IMG/VR virus record: IMGVR_UViG_2974642717_000001
Coordinates: 14,146-78,145 of that record
DNA from: a virus
Taxonomy: Duplodnaviria; Heunggongvirae; Uroviricota; Caudoviricetes; Schitoviridae
Reading direction: 5' to 3' (one strand)
DNA: 64,000 nt
Below the pieces are notes generated by a model, which was given only the letters and a program-made list of their open reading frames with translations, made no database searches and was not told where the DNA came from. Made by a program: the position numbers and the translations under genes. Of the stretch, positions 47,785-56,964 are shown piece after piece (positions within the stretch are counted from its first letter, which is position 1; each line of letters starts with the position of its first letter).

Positions 47785-49764
47785 TTAGAATTTGATGTTG
47801 TACAGACGACCATCAGCACGAACAAGTAGTTCATCGCGCTTAGTAGCAGAGAAGCCTAGGCCACTTGCTTGGTCAGTGGTGTGTGGAGCTTTCAACTTAG
47901 CACCTAGGTGTTCGAATACCTTACGGTCTTCATGTAGATCACCATGTAGGAACTCGTTGTACAGACCACGTGCTTGGTCAGGGTTCACACAGTTCTCCAG
48001 TACGAAGAAGTAGTGCTTATTGCCAACCGCGTTATCATCCCAGAAGTTAGGACTGAGCATGCTCATCGTAACTTTATGGAACTGATTAGTAGTGATACCC
48101 CAATGCTCAACACCTGGAGCAGCCTTACCGCTCTGAGAGTTGTTGATAGAGAACTTGCCATCTTTCAATGTAACTGTAGCTACATCGATAGTGCCAGTAC
48201 CGCGAGGGATATTACCTGAGAACGAATGGATCTGACCTTCAAACTCAATCTCTGCTTCCCAGTCAGCATTACCTTCACCTGAGTAATCATGGATCTTGAA
48301 TTTGTATTCGCCATTACGCATGCGCGTAACGTCAGGCCAAGTGATGTTCTCAACAGCTACGTTGTTACCCGGGCTTTGGATATCTACATCCAATTCACCG
48401 CCCATTGAATCACGACGATTACTGAAGTAAATATGGCCAGACGGACTATGTGCGTGAGCATCTAAGTCACGAGCATATTGGTTGTTCTCATTCCAACGGA
48501 TAGAGAAACGTAGATCGCCATCGATCTTACCGCCTTTAGCTTTAACTTGCTGGGCCATGGTAGAGTCAGTAACTTCACCATTGTAAGTCCAAGAGAAGTT
48601 GTTATCCCATTTCAGGATACCCGGTGCGTCAGCATTAACTGGAGCCACAAGACTGAATAGGTTACCGGTATGTTTACGGTCGAACTGAGCTTCAAGAGAT
48701 GAGGTCTTGTTCAGTACAGTCGCTACAAAGTCAGCAATGTTAATCTCAGTTGCTTTCGATGGATCAACGCTAGCGTTCGCAGTGCTACCAGCCAGTACAT
48801 CAAATGCACCAAGAGACTCTTTAACTGAACGGTCTGCATGCAGTACGTTGTTAATAGTTAAGTCATCAGTCTTAGCGAATCGACGCATCAGACTATCTTG
48901 GATACCAAGGACTGCTACGCGATCGTGAGCAGCTTTAATCATTTTAGGTGTAACTAATGCTTTGCTACGTTTGTAGTTAGCAGGAGCTACGCGAGCTTCA
49001 TATTTGCCTACTGCTGTCTCAAGATCATCGCCTTTAGCCATATCGACTAGAAGTGAACCGATTACAGTAGAACGGATGTTACCAGAGTGACCAATCTTAA
49101 GGGCTGTCTCCCACAGATATGCTTCTTTATCATCAGCTTTGCTGTATGCATCTTGCAAAGCAAGTAAAAGTTGTAGCTTACCCTTATGTTCATCGCCACG
49201 GTATAGAGTGCTAGACACTACCATCTCATAAATTGAGCTGATATGGTCGCCATCTAGTTCAGTGATTGAACGCTCAATGCCTTGCTTCATGTCACGGAAT
49301 TCACCGCGCATACGAGCACGATCATTGTGAGCATATTCACTAGGGAATTTGTAATGGAAGTGATTCCAAGTGATACCTTCATCATAGTTAGCAACTGATG
49401 TAGCTTGGCTCACCATGCAGTTGTCTACGTACAGCTTAGTATCGATGTTGCGAGAACGTACATACGCTGCCATAGCATCAGCTACAGCTTGGTAAGCAGG
49501 CTCAGATACTTTGATGTCCCAGATGGTCATCAACTTACCGTTGTTGTAAGCTACTGTGCCACCAACCTTACGGATGAATGACTTACAGCAGTTACAGTCA
49601 TGTTCAGTACGCTCACGGTAGATAGGGTTAGTACCTTCCGGGAATGATGCTAGGTACGTATCAAAGATCTCATCTTTGTCTACTTCAACAGTAAGTGCGT
49701 GGCCTAGTTTAAGCATTGCGTTTAGTTGCTTGGTAATTGCTTGTGCGAATGGTTTGAAGTTCAT
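47785..49764 (-). CDS. large hypothetical protein, 659 aa
   Basis: Long ORF with SD; contains 'HDCNCCKSF' Cys cluster; function not recognisable by eye. Confidence 0.5.
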   Translation of the reverse strand: MNFKPFAQAITKQLNAMLKLGHALTVEVDKDEIFDTYLASFPEGTNPIYRERTEHDCNCCKSFIRKVGGTVAYNNGKLMTIWDIKVSEPAYQAVADAMAAYVRSRNIDTKLYVDNCMVSQATSVANYDEGITWNHFHYKFPSEYAHNDRARMRGEFRDMKQGIERSITELDGDHISSIYEMVVSSTLYRGDEHKGKLQLLLALQDAYSKADDKEAYLWETALKIGHSGNIRSTVIGSLLVDMAKGDDLETAVGKYEARVAPANYKRSKALVTPKMIKAAHDRVAVLGIQDSLMRRFAKTDDLTINNVLHADRSVKESLGAFDVLAGSTANASVDPSKATEINIADFVATVLNKTSSLEAQFDRKHTGNLFSLVAPVNADAPGILKWDNNFSWTYNGEVTDSTMAQQVKAKGGKIDGDLRFSIRWNENNQYARDLDAHAHSPSGHIYFSNRRDSMGGELDVDIQSPGNNVAVENITWPDVTRMRNGEYKFKIHDYSGEGNADWEAEIEFEGQIHSFSGNIPRGTGTIDVATVTLKDGKFSINNSQSGKAAPGVEHWGITTNQFHKVTMSMLSPNFWDDNAVGNKHYFFVLENCVNPDQARGLYNEFLHGDLHEDRKVFEHLGAKLKAPHTTDQASGLGFSATKRDELLVRADGRLYNIKF

Positions 49765-50012
49765 TACTTATCTTCCAGTAGTTCGTTAAGTGCGATGCAG
49801 TCCCAATCGTCCTGCGTTAGATCTCGAGCCTTCTCGAGTAGTTCCCAGTCTGCTTTATCAATAAAGTAGTGGTCTAGGCAATGAATAATGACATCATTGT
49901 CACTATCAATTTCAAATGTAACGTTGTCTTCGTTAGCGATGCAGTCTCCGTTAGCATCAGACAGTGTGTACAGATTAATATCTGCTTCAACAGTTATTGT
50001 GTGTTGTGCCAT
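49764..50012 (-). CDS. acidic hypothetical protein, 82 aa
   Basis: ORF; ends ...NELLEDK. Confidence 0.45.
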   Translation of the reverse strand: MAQHTITVEADINLYTLSDANGDCIANEDNVTFEIDSDNDVIIHCLDHYFIDKADWELLEKARDLTQDDWDCIALNELLEDK

Positions 50013-50403
50013 GCTCCTGTTCCTTTATTGACTTGATTGTACGTTCGACCATGCGAAGGATATGTGTCCATTCTACATCGTCCGTTGTGGAGACAAGTTG
50101 CTCCATTCTACCTTTGAGTTGATTGATATCGTGACGCACACCAGCTGAGTTCTCGGGGAGATAACCCTTACTATTGTCGATGCGGTCTACTGTGGGTGTT
50201 TCCACAGTCATTGGAAGCCCAGTAAGTGCACAGGTCTTACGCATACGCATGCGCTTAAACTGTGGAAACATTAGTTCAAAGTCATGACCTGCCTGTTTGG
50301 CATTGCCTGCTTTTGATACGTACTTCTTACTGAGGTTGATTTCTTGATTTACCATAGCATGTTCCTTTATTTCTACATCTTGGTTTGGGAATAGGTCACC
50401 CAA
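49987..50403 (-). CDS. HNH / T4 endonuclease VII-like His-Me finger protein, possibly degenerate
   Basis: 'CALTG...PTVDRIDNSKGY...AGVRHDINQLKG' aligns with EndoVII 'C..C...HLDHDH...GLLCNLCN..G', but several Zn-ligand Cys/His are replaced. Confidence 0.3.
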   Translation of the reverse strand: MGDLFPNQDVEIKEHAMVNQEINLSKKYVSKAGNAKQAGHDFELMFPQFKRMRMRKTCALTGLPMTVETPTVDRIDNSKGYLPENSAGVRHDINQLKGRMEQLVSTTDDVEWTHILRMVERTIKSIKEQEHGTTHNNC

Positions 50404-50420
50404 TGGATGAGCTATAACTA

Positions 50421-51230
50421 TTAACCTCGACGAATGTGTGTACGAACCGAAGCTGTACCAGATTGAATTTCACGTGCATCCGCTAACCAGCGATAATGCG
50501 TACGCTCACTTACTTCCATCAGTTCACGTAATGCTTTACGGTCACCTTTAGGAGTCAGTGCAAAGAAATCAGCATATGCTAATTTGAACTCCAGTGGAGC
50601 ACGGATAGCACCAGATGGATATGTGTACTCATCTTTTAGCTGTTGCTTTAACGCGCTAGCTAGACGGACACGGACGATACCAGCACGAGGCTTAGTACCT
50701 TTGGCTTGCTTCACTGAAGAGCCTGCGAATAGATCAAGTTGGTTTGTTTTTAGTACTGTTTTCATAAGCTTTACTCTAGGGTTAGTTTTTCTCCAGCCTT
50801 TATGAGACTGGCGTTTACCGGAATTCACATGTCGCATGCCACCCGGGTCAAGGTTATTGTCCCTACAGAACTTCTGCAAGTTATAAACCTGCACATGTTC
50901 ACCAGTAGGGGAGATGAAATCGTAGTGCTTTGACTTTGCGATTTCGGAATTCTTTTGAGGAGTTAGGAACACACAATTAGCAGCTGAGTATATCTTGCCG
51001 CCCTTGAGGTCTTTATCTAAGCACGCACCTTCTTGGTAGTTGGCTTCGAACCATTCAGCAAATACTTGGAAGTCATGCCAGTCACTATGGATTGTGACAC
51101 CCTTTGCCCCGTACCGACAATACTCTTTACACTTCGGGTTGTAGCATCGATTGATCATCTGATACCAACGCGCATAAGCAGGTGTTTGCTTACGCCCATC
51201 CTTAGTAGAGTGAATGCCTTTACTGTTGAA
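50421..51230 (-). CDS. AP2-like paralog 2 with extra C-terminal HTH domain; no in-frame ATG before the conserved N-terminus
   Basis: Frame is open upstream to a TAG at ~51231 and encodes 'YGVGFNSKG...YARWYQMINRCYNP', homologous to the other paralogs, with GGAGG just upstream. The only ATG is at 51158. The C-terminus adds 'RKALRELMEVSERTHYRWLADA' (HTH-like). Confidence 0.4.
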   Translation of the reverse strand, partial: FNSKGIHSTKDGRKQTPAYARWYQMINRCYNPKCKEYCRYGAKGVTIHSDWHDFQVFAEWFEANYQEGACLDKDLKGGKIYSAANCVFLTPQKNSEIAKSKHYDFISPTGEHVQVYNLQKFCRDNNLDPGGMRHVNSGKRQSHKGWRKTNPRVKLMKTVLKTNQLDLFAGSSVKQAKGTKPRAGIVRVRLASALKQQLKDEYTYPSGAIRAPLEFKLAYADFFALTPKGDRKALRELMEVSERTHYRWLADAREIQSGTASVRTHIRRG

Positions 51231-51424
51231 GCCTACTCCGTAAATTAGTGTACTGATATTAGCCTCCTATAATGAGTTTCCTTTTACACTTGTGTGTTTT
51301 TGGTACAGCCATATTCAATGTCTGTGTCAGTGATTCGTGACGGTAGTGACAGATTCTCAATTCGAACCCGTCAACCACCGATAGTGATGAGCCTAACAAT
51401 AACAGACTAATCATTTAAAATTCC

Positions 51425-51841
51425 TTAATCGTCGGACAGTAGATCTTCTAGTTTCAGTTCTTCCACTGTGCGCGTTTCAACAGTCACCTGATCTTCAGGT
51501 GGAGTTAGGTTTTTGATAAGAGAGGTCACGCCCTCTGATGTCTTAAAGAACACCCGATTGGCATTACGAAATGAACATACGTCCCAATCTTTATGACGAC
51601 TGGTCTCTCTCAGAAACCATTCAGTCTCTCGAAGTCCCCACAGTGCATATACTCGCACCGCGTAACGTTGTGAACCGTCAATTTTGTCAGTAACAATCAC
51701 CGGCTTATACACTAGACCATAACGCTTATGGTTCATCTGACTATCTGGCTTCCCACACGAGTGGAACATCAACATACACAGATACGCGAATAGCGCAATT
51801 ACTGGTGCTGCAACTAACACCGCTACAAATAGATTACTCAT
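51425..51841 (-). CDS. membrane-anchored protein, 138 aa (N-terminal TM helix)
   Basis: 'LFVAVLVAAPVIALFAYLCMLMF' N-terminal anchor. Confidence 0.45.
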   Translation of the reverse strand: MSNLFVAVLVAAPVIALFAYLCMLMFHSCGKPDSQMNHKRYGLVYKPVIVTDKIDGSQRYAVRVYALWGLRETEWFLRETSRHKDWDVCSFRNANRVFFKTSEGVTSLIKNLTPPEDQVTVETRTVEELKLEDLLSDD

Positions 51842-51844
51842 AGA

Positions 51845-52327
51845 CTACTTTTTCCATCCTTTACATGATTTACGCTGACCGCGCATAACTTGTCTAATAT
51901 TAGCCCTGTCTAAGTTATTCTCACGACAGAACTCTTTAAGGTTGTATCCGCTAACAACGCTACCGTCTGGGGCTGTTAACGTAAACTCCATAGCATTAGC
52001 ATCGGCAATGTTATCCAATGCTGGTACAAAGCTACAGCCGCTAGGTCCATAGACCATATTACCTTTCACCTTTAAATCTTTATCTAAGTGGTAACCCTCT
52101 ACATAGTGTTGGTCTGCCCATGCAGCGAATGCTTGATAGTCATGCCACTCATCGCACACAATTACGCCTTTAGCTCCGTAGCGAACGTAATCTTTACATG
52201 TATCAACGTAGCAGCGTCTAAGCATTGCCTTCCATATGCTGTAGCATCTGACAGGTTTGTTGTCTGCTCGTGATGGGTATTCGCCTCCACTATTGTAGCC
52301 AATCCCACACACTGTTCTTTTTGGCAT
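51845..52327 (-). CDS. AP2-like DNA-binding / homing-endonuclease-associated protein, paralog 3
   Basis: 'RCYSIWKAMLRRCY...YVRYGAKGVIVCDEWHDYQAFAAW...YNLKEFCRENNL...SCKGW'. Confidence 0.45.
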   Translation of the reverse strand: MPKRTVCGIGYNSGGEYPSRADNKPVRCYSIWKAMLRRCYVDTCKDYVRYGAKGVIVCDEWHDYQAFAAWADQHYVEGYHLDKDLKVKGNMVYGPSGCSFVPALDNIADANAMEFTLTAPDGSVVSGYNLKEFCRENNLDRANIRQVMRGQRKSCKGWKK

Positions 52328-52446
52328 GGACTATCTTACCTCCGTCTATTCCCATAAGCTCTTCTAGAAGCTTTTCCATCCCTTCCTAGAATTCCTCTAG
52401 AAATCCACTAGTGAGCGAAGCGAATGCTTTTGATCTTTGTGTGCTC

Positions 52447-52474
52447 TTAAAAGAAAAAGGAGCCCGAAGGCTCC
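52447..52474 (-). terminator. rho-independent terminator ending an early transcription unit
   Basis: On the - strand: GGAGCC-ttcg-GGCTCC followed by TTTTTCTTTT. Confidence 0.7.
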
Positions 52475-52476
52475 AG

Positions 52477-52719
52477 TTAATCTTCCATGAGTATCAACAT
52501 ATCTATGAAGGCTTTCGCCTTAGTATATGTAGGTTCAACACCTAACAACGCACCCCTAGTTGTCATGGCGTCTATTGAGTTGGGATGTGCAGTCATGCTT
52601 TTAGCACCTCTACATAGCCACGCTCTTTGGGGTGTAGCTACTTCGACTATGCCGTAGTATCTCTCATCTGCTTTTGATTGGTAGATCTTAAACATCCAGT
52701 AATGCCTCCATCTTTGCAA
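52477..52719 (-). CDS. early-region small protein, 80 aa
   Basis: ORF; ends ...LILMED. Confidence 0.4.
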   Translation of the reverse strand: MQRWRHYWMFKIYQSKADERYYGIVEVATPQRAWLCRGAKSMTAHPNSIDAMTTRGALLGVEPTYTKAKAFIDMLILMED

Positions 52720-52915
52720 AGCCTTTAGCCTTAGCGAGTGACTTAGAGCGGTAGATACACTGAATTAGTTCTAGTGCTAAAGCACCTTCGAACTGTTTCA
52801 GGTAGTGAGCAGGAGTTGCCTCCAGTTCCCAATCACTGTACTGATCTTTGATGTAGATCTCATTGCCTCTGAGGATGCAATACTCGTTGTCTTCATTCTT
52901 GTATACTTTATACAT
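52688..52915 (-). CDS. early-region small protein, 75 aa
   Basis: ORF; translationally coupled; ends ...EALLDV. Confidence 0.4.
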   Translation of the reverse strand: MYKVYKNEDNEYCILRGNEIYIKDQYSDWELEATPAHYLKQFEGALALELIQCIYRSKSLAKAKGFAKMEALLDV

Positions 52916-53216
52916 TGTCCATTAACTCCAACATTTGAATGTAGTCACGTACATCCTTCAGTGTCCTGAAATAGCCGTGATGTTCCACTACCTTATGTAG
53001 TGTGAGTATCTGATTCTCTGGTATGCCTGAAGCATAGTTCTCTGCGTAGTGACCAAAGTTGTTAGGTCCTACAGTGCCATGATTGATCAGTGGGTTTAAC
53101 CAGTCTGATCTAGGTACACGTGCTACCTTATTGCTTGAGGAGATAATCACCCAAGTGGTCTTGGTTTTAACGTATTGGGACAAGCCCTCTACTAACATGA
53201 ATCTTGCGTTATGCAT
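52908..53216 (-). CDS. early-region small protein (start revised to ATG at 53216)
   Basis: ATG at 53216 (MHNARFML...) lies within an ATGCATAA overlap with the upstream stop; ends ...LELMDNV. Confidence 0.4.
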   Translation of the reverse strand: MHNARFMLVEGLSQYVKTKTTWVIISSSNKVARVPRSDWLNPLINHGTVGPNNFGHYAENYASGIPENQILTLHKVVEHHGYFRTLKDVRDYIQMLELMDNV

Positions 53217-53475
53217 TGAGTAAGTGCTCCATTTCATAGTGGTGGTAAACTTCAGCGAATGTATCGTATTCACCTACCCATACAAGGGTATCTACTGAAA
53301 TTTTCTTCAAGGCTGCACGGAATTCTTCAATAGAATCATCCCAATCCGCCATGCTCCAGTGATGTAGTTCATAACTTAGTGAGTTTGGTTTGGTATCAAG
53401 CCACATAAACTTAGTATCAATGACCACACAGTAGCGATCATCACCGATGTCTTGCCATAGTTCGTATTGCATCAT
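53209..53475 (-). CDS. early-region small protein, 88 aa
   Basis: ORF; ends ...HLLNA. Confidence 0.4.
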   Translation of the reverse strand: MMQYELWQDIGDDRYCVVIDTKFMWLDTKPNSLSYELHHWSMADWDDSIEEFRAALKKISVDTLVWVGEYDTFAEVYHHYEMEHLLNA

Positions 53476-53729
53476 TGCTCCAATAACATTGTCATTTGAA
53501 TGTGGTTGTATGCTTCATCTAAGGTAGTTTCCACCAACTCTAGTTGAGGATTCTCACCACTTGTGATGAACTCATATAGGTCAGTAGAACCTTGCTCTGT
53601 GATCTCAAAGTAAGGTAGATCTGGTATGCCCTCGTCGTTCCAGATCTTGAAGTCGTCATTCTCATCTACAAGCATCCAGCCCATTCCAAACTCTTTGAAT
53701 GGTGGTAGTCGGTATAATTGTACTCTCAT
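53472..53729 (-). CDS. early-region small protein, 85 aa
   Basis: ORF; ends ...MLLEQ. Confidence 0.4.
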   Translation of the reverse strand: MRVQLYRLPPFKEFGMGWMLVDENDDFKIWNDEGIPDLPYFEITEQGSTDLYEFITSGENPQLELVETTLDEAYNHIQMTMLLEQ

Positions 53730-53777
53730 ATCTTATCCTTAAAGTAGGGCACACGAGGTGCCCCATTAGTTAATTAT

Positions 53778-53975
53778 TTAGGGTAGACATATAAATATGC
53801 CTAATGCTAAGACTAACCCGAAAAGGGTTCCCATTAGGAAATGCCCCGCCTTATCCACAAGAGTCACTTTATTTTCAATTACTTTATTTCCTTGAATGTA
53901 AACATCCTTGTCCGTGACTACTACGGTACGTGCGCCTAGCTGTACTGTTATATTATTCATTGTAATCCTTAGCAA
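53778..53975 (-). CDS. small membrane protein, 65 aa (C-terminal TM)
   Basis: 'LMGTLFGLVLALGIFICL' hydrophobic tail. Confidence 0.4.
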   Translation of the reverse strand: MLRITMNNITVQLGARTVVVTDKDVYIQGNKVIENKVTLVDKAGHFLMGTLFGLVLALGIFICLP

Positions 53976-55183
53976 ATTGGGTATTCAGCTTTACGAATAT
54001 GTGCAGCCATTTCAGTCTTAGTTAGACCATTACGTACATTCTCATACACTTCGTCTTCGCCAGTTAGATCACTGAAGATAGAGCTAAGTAGGTCAGACTC
54101 TGCAAGTTCAGCTAAGATCTCACGGTAGTGCTCACGCATAGACTGTACGTGGTTAGGTAGACACTTGAACGCGTCATGAATAGTGATTAGCTCGAATGAA
54201 CTGCGGCTAAGCACATCGTTGATCACCTTGTTAGCGCGGTAGATCTCTTCATAGCTCACAGTATCAATGTCCTGCTCACATGCAGTACGAAGGCTCATAG
54301 CTGCACTTAGGTCGATTGGATCTAGTGGCTTAGTGTTCAACATCAATGCAATCTGACACTTGTCAGCGATAGCACGTAGGTCATGACCAGTCACGTTCTC
54401 GAATGCAGTGTAGTTACAACGTCTGTGCATCTCACGTACCATGTACGCATCGATAGAGTGAACTACGTTAGCAGCTAGCATTACAGCATGGTCACGAGTA
54501 CCAATCTCTTTGAACTCATGGTAATACGTATGCTTAAGCTCATCAATGTAGATCTCTTCCATACGAGAGTTAACTACACGAATGATTACCTTGAAGCCAT
54601 CAGGCAGAGTCCACGTGTACTCTTCGGCTTCTGGGTCCCACACTTCAATCAGGTCGTTACGTAGCTCGTAAGCCCCTTTCAGTTTCTTACCACACATGTA
54701 GTAGAACTCATCCAGTAGCTCCGATGCTTGGCCTAATTCTTTCTCTGGTTCAGCTGTAGAGCCGTAGAAGTATGTCATTAGAGCATTCTTAGCCATCTTA
54801 CGTGTTAGGTCACATGCTGACTTAAGACCAGCGAGGATAGCTTTGAATGCCTCGGTGTAGCAGTCGTAACGTTTGCTAGGGTCAATCAGGTTAGTCCATA
54901 GACCACCAGTGTAACAACCAGTCAATGCTGACATGATCTGTACACCTGATGTAGTTGAATCGAACTCAACCAAGTGACCTGATGCTTTACCAGCTTGTGC
55001 ATCACGGATAGCCATCACTGACTTCATGAATGCAATTGGTTCATCTGCATCCATTACCATCTCTTCCAGCTTATCCAAGTTCTTCTCGGTGAATGCTAGA
55101 CGTGTCTCGAACTCATCTTTATCAAGGCCGAAGTTGTTTGCTACATCGATGAATAGAGCTTGCTTACCATTTAACTTGATCAT
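53969..55183 (-). CDS. phage RNA polymerase II, catalytic (C-terminal-type) subunit, T7-like (N4 gp16-like)
   Basis: Motif A 'DSTTSGVQIMSAL'; motif B 'RKMAKNALMTYFYGS'; motif C 'ITIHDAF'. Confidence 0.8.
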   Translation of the reverse strand: MIKLNGKQALFIDVANNFGLDKDEFETRLAFTEKNLDKLEEMVMDADEPIAFMKSVMAIRDAQAGKASGHLVEFDSTTSGVQIMSALTGCYTGGLWTNLIDPSKRYDCYTEAFKAILAGLKSACDLTRKMAKNALMTYFYGSTAEPEKELGQASELLDEFYYMCGKKLKGAYELRNDLIEVWDPEAEEYTWTLPDGFKVIIRVVNSRMEEIYIDELKHTYYHEFKEIGTRDHAVMLAANVVHSIDAYMVREMHRRCNYTAFENVTGHDLRAIADKCQIALMLNTKPLDPIDLSAAMSLRTACEQDIDTVSYEEIYRANKVINDVLSRSSFELITIHDAFKCLPNHVQSMREHYREILAELAESDLLSSIFSDLTGEDEVYENVRNGLTKTEMAAHIRKAEYPIC

Positions 55184-55194
55184 AATACTTTCCT

Positions 55195-55377
55195 TTACTT
55201 TTGTAGGTTTGGGTGACGTTGAAGGATATAACCTTTAAGGATTTGATAGTTGTACATAGCTTCTGCACAAGTAATGTTAGGTCGGTGGTCTAATAGCTGT
55301 TGGCAGAATTGTTCAGTGAATCCATCTACCATAATTTCTATATCTGATTCTGTTTCAGAACCTAACTGACTAGCCAT
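55195..55377 (-). CDS. early-region small protein, 60 aa
   Basis: ORF with SD-like GGAAAG; a hairpin promoter candidate lies 47 nt upstream. Confidence 0.4.
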   Translation of the reverse strand: MASQLGSETESDIEIMVDGFTEQFCQQLLDHRPNITCAEAMYNYQILKGYILQRHPNLQK

Positions 55378-55423
55378 AATACTTTCCTATTTATGGGAGA
55401 GGTGCCACCATGACACCTCTTTA

Positions 55424-55436
55424 AACACGTAGTGTT
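55424..55436 (-). promoter_or_regulatory. vRNAP hairpin-promoter candidate (AACAC-GTA-GTGTT)
   Basis: C-GTA-G (GNA-type) mini-hairpin on the template (+) strand; same motif as six other early intergenic sites; 47 nt from the downstream ATG. Confidence 0.5.
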
Positions 55437-55438
55437 GA

Positions 55439-55663
55439 TTAACCCTCTAACAGGGCTTCCATCTTAGCTTCCACTTCTAGGTCTTTAGCACACTGAAGTA
55501 GTTCAGCATGGCTATGGCTTGAGTAGTGAACAAACCAGTTAGCTAGATTGACTGGATTGATATAGTTATACCATTCCTTTTCGTATATCTGGAACACACC
55601 CTTGCGAGTGTGCTCTTCCATACGTCGTTTCATTAGACGAATCTCATGAGTCTTCATCTTCAA
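55439..55663 (-). CDS. early-region small protein, 74 aa
   Basis: ORF; ends ...EALLEG. Confidence 0.4.
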   Translation of the reverse strand: MKMKTHEIRLMKRRMEEHTRKGVFQIYEKEWYNYINPVNLANWFVHYSSHSHAELLQCAKDLEVEAKMEALLEG

Positions 55664-55862
55664 GAATCTCCATTAGTCTTTGCTCTTGATTGATTGGGTA
55701 TGACTCCAATGTGCGTACATCCCATGACATCTGGTAGTAGTCACAATCCTCGTTCTTACACGAGATAGAGCTGTAGTCATTGTTCACACCGTTCTCACGT
55801 TTATGTAGCATGTCACCCTCACAGTTAGGGCATCGGTATTTCTTTTGGTTTGGTTCAATCAT
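55644..55862 (-). CDS. small Cys4 zinc-ribbon protein, 72 aa
   Basis: 'CPNCEG...CKNEDCDY'; ends ...EILEDEDS. Confidence 0.4.
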   Translation of the reverse strand: MIEPNQKKYRCPNCEGDMLHKRENGVNNDYSSISCKNEDCDYYQMSWDVRTLESYPINQEQRLMEILEDEDS

Positions 55863-56079
55863 TCATTAATGTCTCCATCTTTAGTTCAACAAACAGCTCT
55901 TTCACAGTTTCAGCAGAGCATACATATATTTCTCCACCCTCTTCATGGTGGCCGGCTAAACACCACCAGTTGTCAGGGTTAGCCATTACAGTGACTAGAT
56001 CTTTATCCACAAGCCAACCTTTGCCATCATACTTAAGCAAGTAGCTTGAGCCATTACGGATTGAATATGCATCAATCAT
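55855..56079 (-). CDS. early-region small protein, 74 aa
   Basis: ORF; ends ...ETLMND. Confidence 0.4.
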   Translation of the reverse strand: MIDAYSIRNGSSYLLKYDGKGWLVDKDLVTVMANPDNWWCLAGHHEEGGEIYVCSAETVKELFVELKMETLMND

Positions 56080-56327
56080 TCAGTCACCTCTAACATCTTA
56101 ACCATTGGTAATATCTTCTCGAGAGTCTGGTAACGAGCATCCCAACCGATGAACATACACTTACCGCATGCCTCCAGTTGCTGCCGGCCATACTTACAGT
56201 GAGTGCACATAGTCTGAGTACTGTCGTTCTCATTATTGACCATGAGTTGATTGTTATCATCCTCACGGCCTATTTGTATCAACCACTCAATCATCTCTGA
56301 TGCTGTTGGTTCAGTATTATCACTCAT
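56076..56327 (-). CDS. early-region small Cys-containing protein, 83 aa
   Basis: 'CTHCKYG...CGKC'; ends ...KMLEVTE. Confidence 0.4.
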   Translation of the reverse strand: MSDNTEPTASEMIEWLIQIGREDDNNQLMVNNENDSTQTMCTHCKYGRQQLEACGKCMFIGWDARYQTLEKILPMVKMLEVTE

Positions 56328-56502
56328 CTATTAGCTTCCTCATACGAATGTAATCGATACGTTCTTCCATAAGCTTAATCTTATGGGGATTCTTGTATGT
56401 CTTCAGTCGGTCTAACAACACGCTCAATGAACGGTCAAAGCCATGCACTAGAGCTTGTTGATAGGTCTTCTCGAATGACTTCTGGTCTTTATTACTACTC
56501 AT
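56320..56502 (-). CDS. early-region small protein, 60 aa
   Basis: ORF; ends ...KLIDE. Confidence 0.4.
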   Translation of the reverse strand: MSSNKDQKSFEKTYQQALVHGFDRSLSVLLDRLKTYKNPHKIKLMEERIDYIRMRKLIDE

Positions 56503-56737
56503 CCATCAGTTTCTCCATCTTGTGATGTGCTACCACATCTTTCCAACCACGTCCCAATGCCAGTGGGCATCGGCTACATGTCCATTCACACTTAAGCTTA
56601 GTAGGCTCACCACCACCCTGAATGATGAGCAGCATTGGGATGTAGTCATACTCACCACCTCTGTGCTCAACTTTCTTGAGGTCATTATGTTTAGTCAAAT
56701 CGATTAGTCGATTGATTGCAGTGTTCTTATCATTCAT
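56495..56737 (-). CDS. early-region small protein (start revised to ATG at 56737, 80 aa)
   Basis: ATG at 56737 (MNDKNTAINR...) overlaps the upstream TGA (AATGAATGA); contains 'CEWTCSRC'. Confidence 0.4.
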   Translation of the reverse strand: MNDKNTAINRLIDLTKHNDLKKVEHRGGEYDYIPMLLIIQGGGEPTKLKCEWTCSRCPLALGRGWKDVVAHHKMEKLMDE

Positions 56738-56963
56738 TGAGTAGCATCTCCAGCTTGAGTTCATTGAGTGAATCACCTTCAGCAACAGTCTCAATGTTGA
56801 GCTGTATGTTAGGGTCTTCGCCTCTATAGTCACGGTTATGGACGTGGAAAGTATGTGATTCCAGAGCTTTCTCAATTGTGGTGCTCCACTTACCTCTAGT
56901 CTTATCACTCACAACAATCCAAGTGAGATCAGGATCATCAAGGTCTTTAATCAGTTTAAGCAT
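56730..56963 (-). CDS. early-region small protein, 77 aa
   Basis: ORF; ends ...EMLLNE. Confidence 0.4.
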   Translation of the reverse strand: MLKLIKDLDDPDLTWIVVSDKTRGKWSTTIEKALESHTFHVHNRDYRGEDPNIQLNIETVAEGDSLNELKLEMLLNE

Positions 56964-56964
56964 A

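Noticed and set aside
55398-55418. GAGGTG-9 nt-CACCTC inverted repeat next to the 55424 hairpin
   Set aside because: It could be a terminator for the upstream operon, but it has no adjacent T-run on the - strand. Left unannotated as an RNA structure of unknown role.
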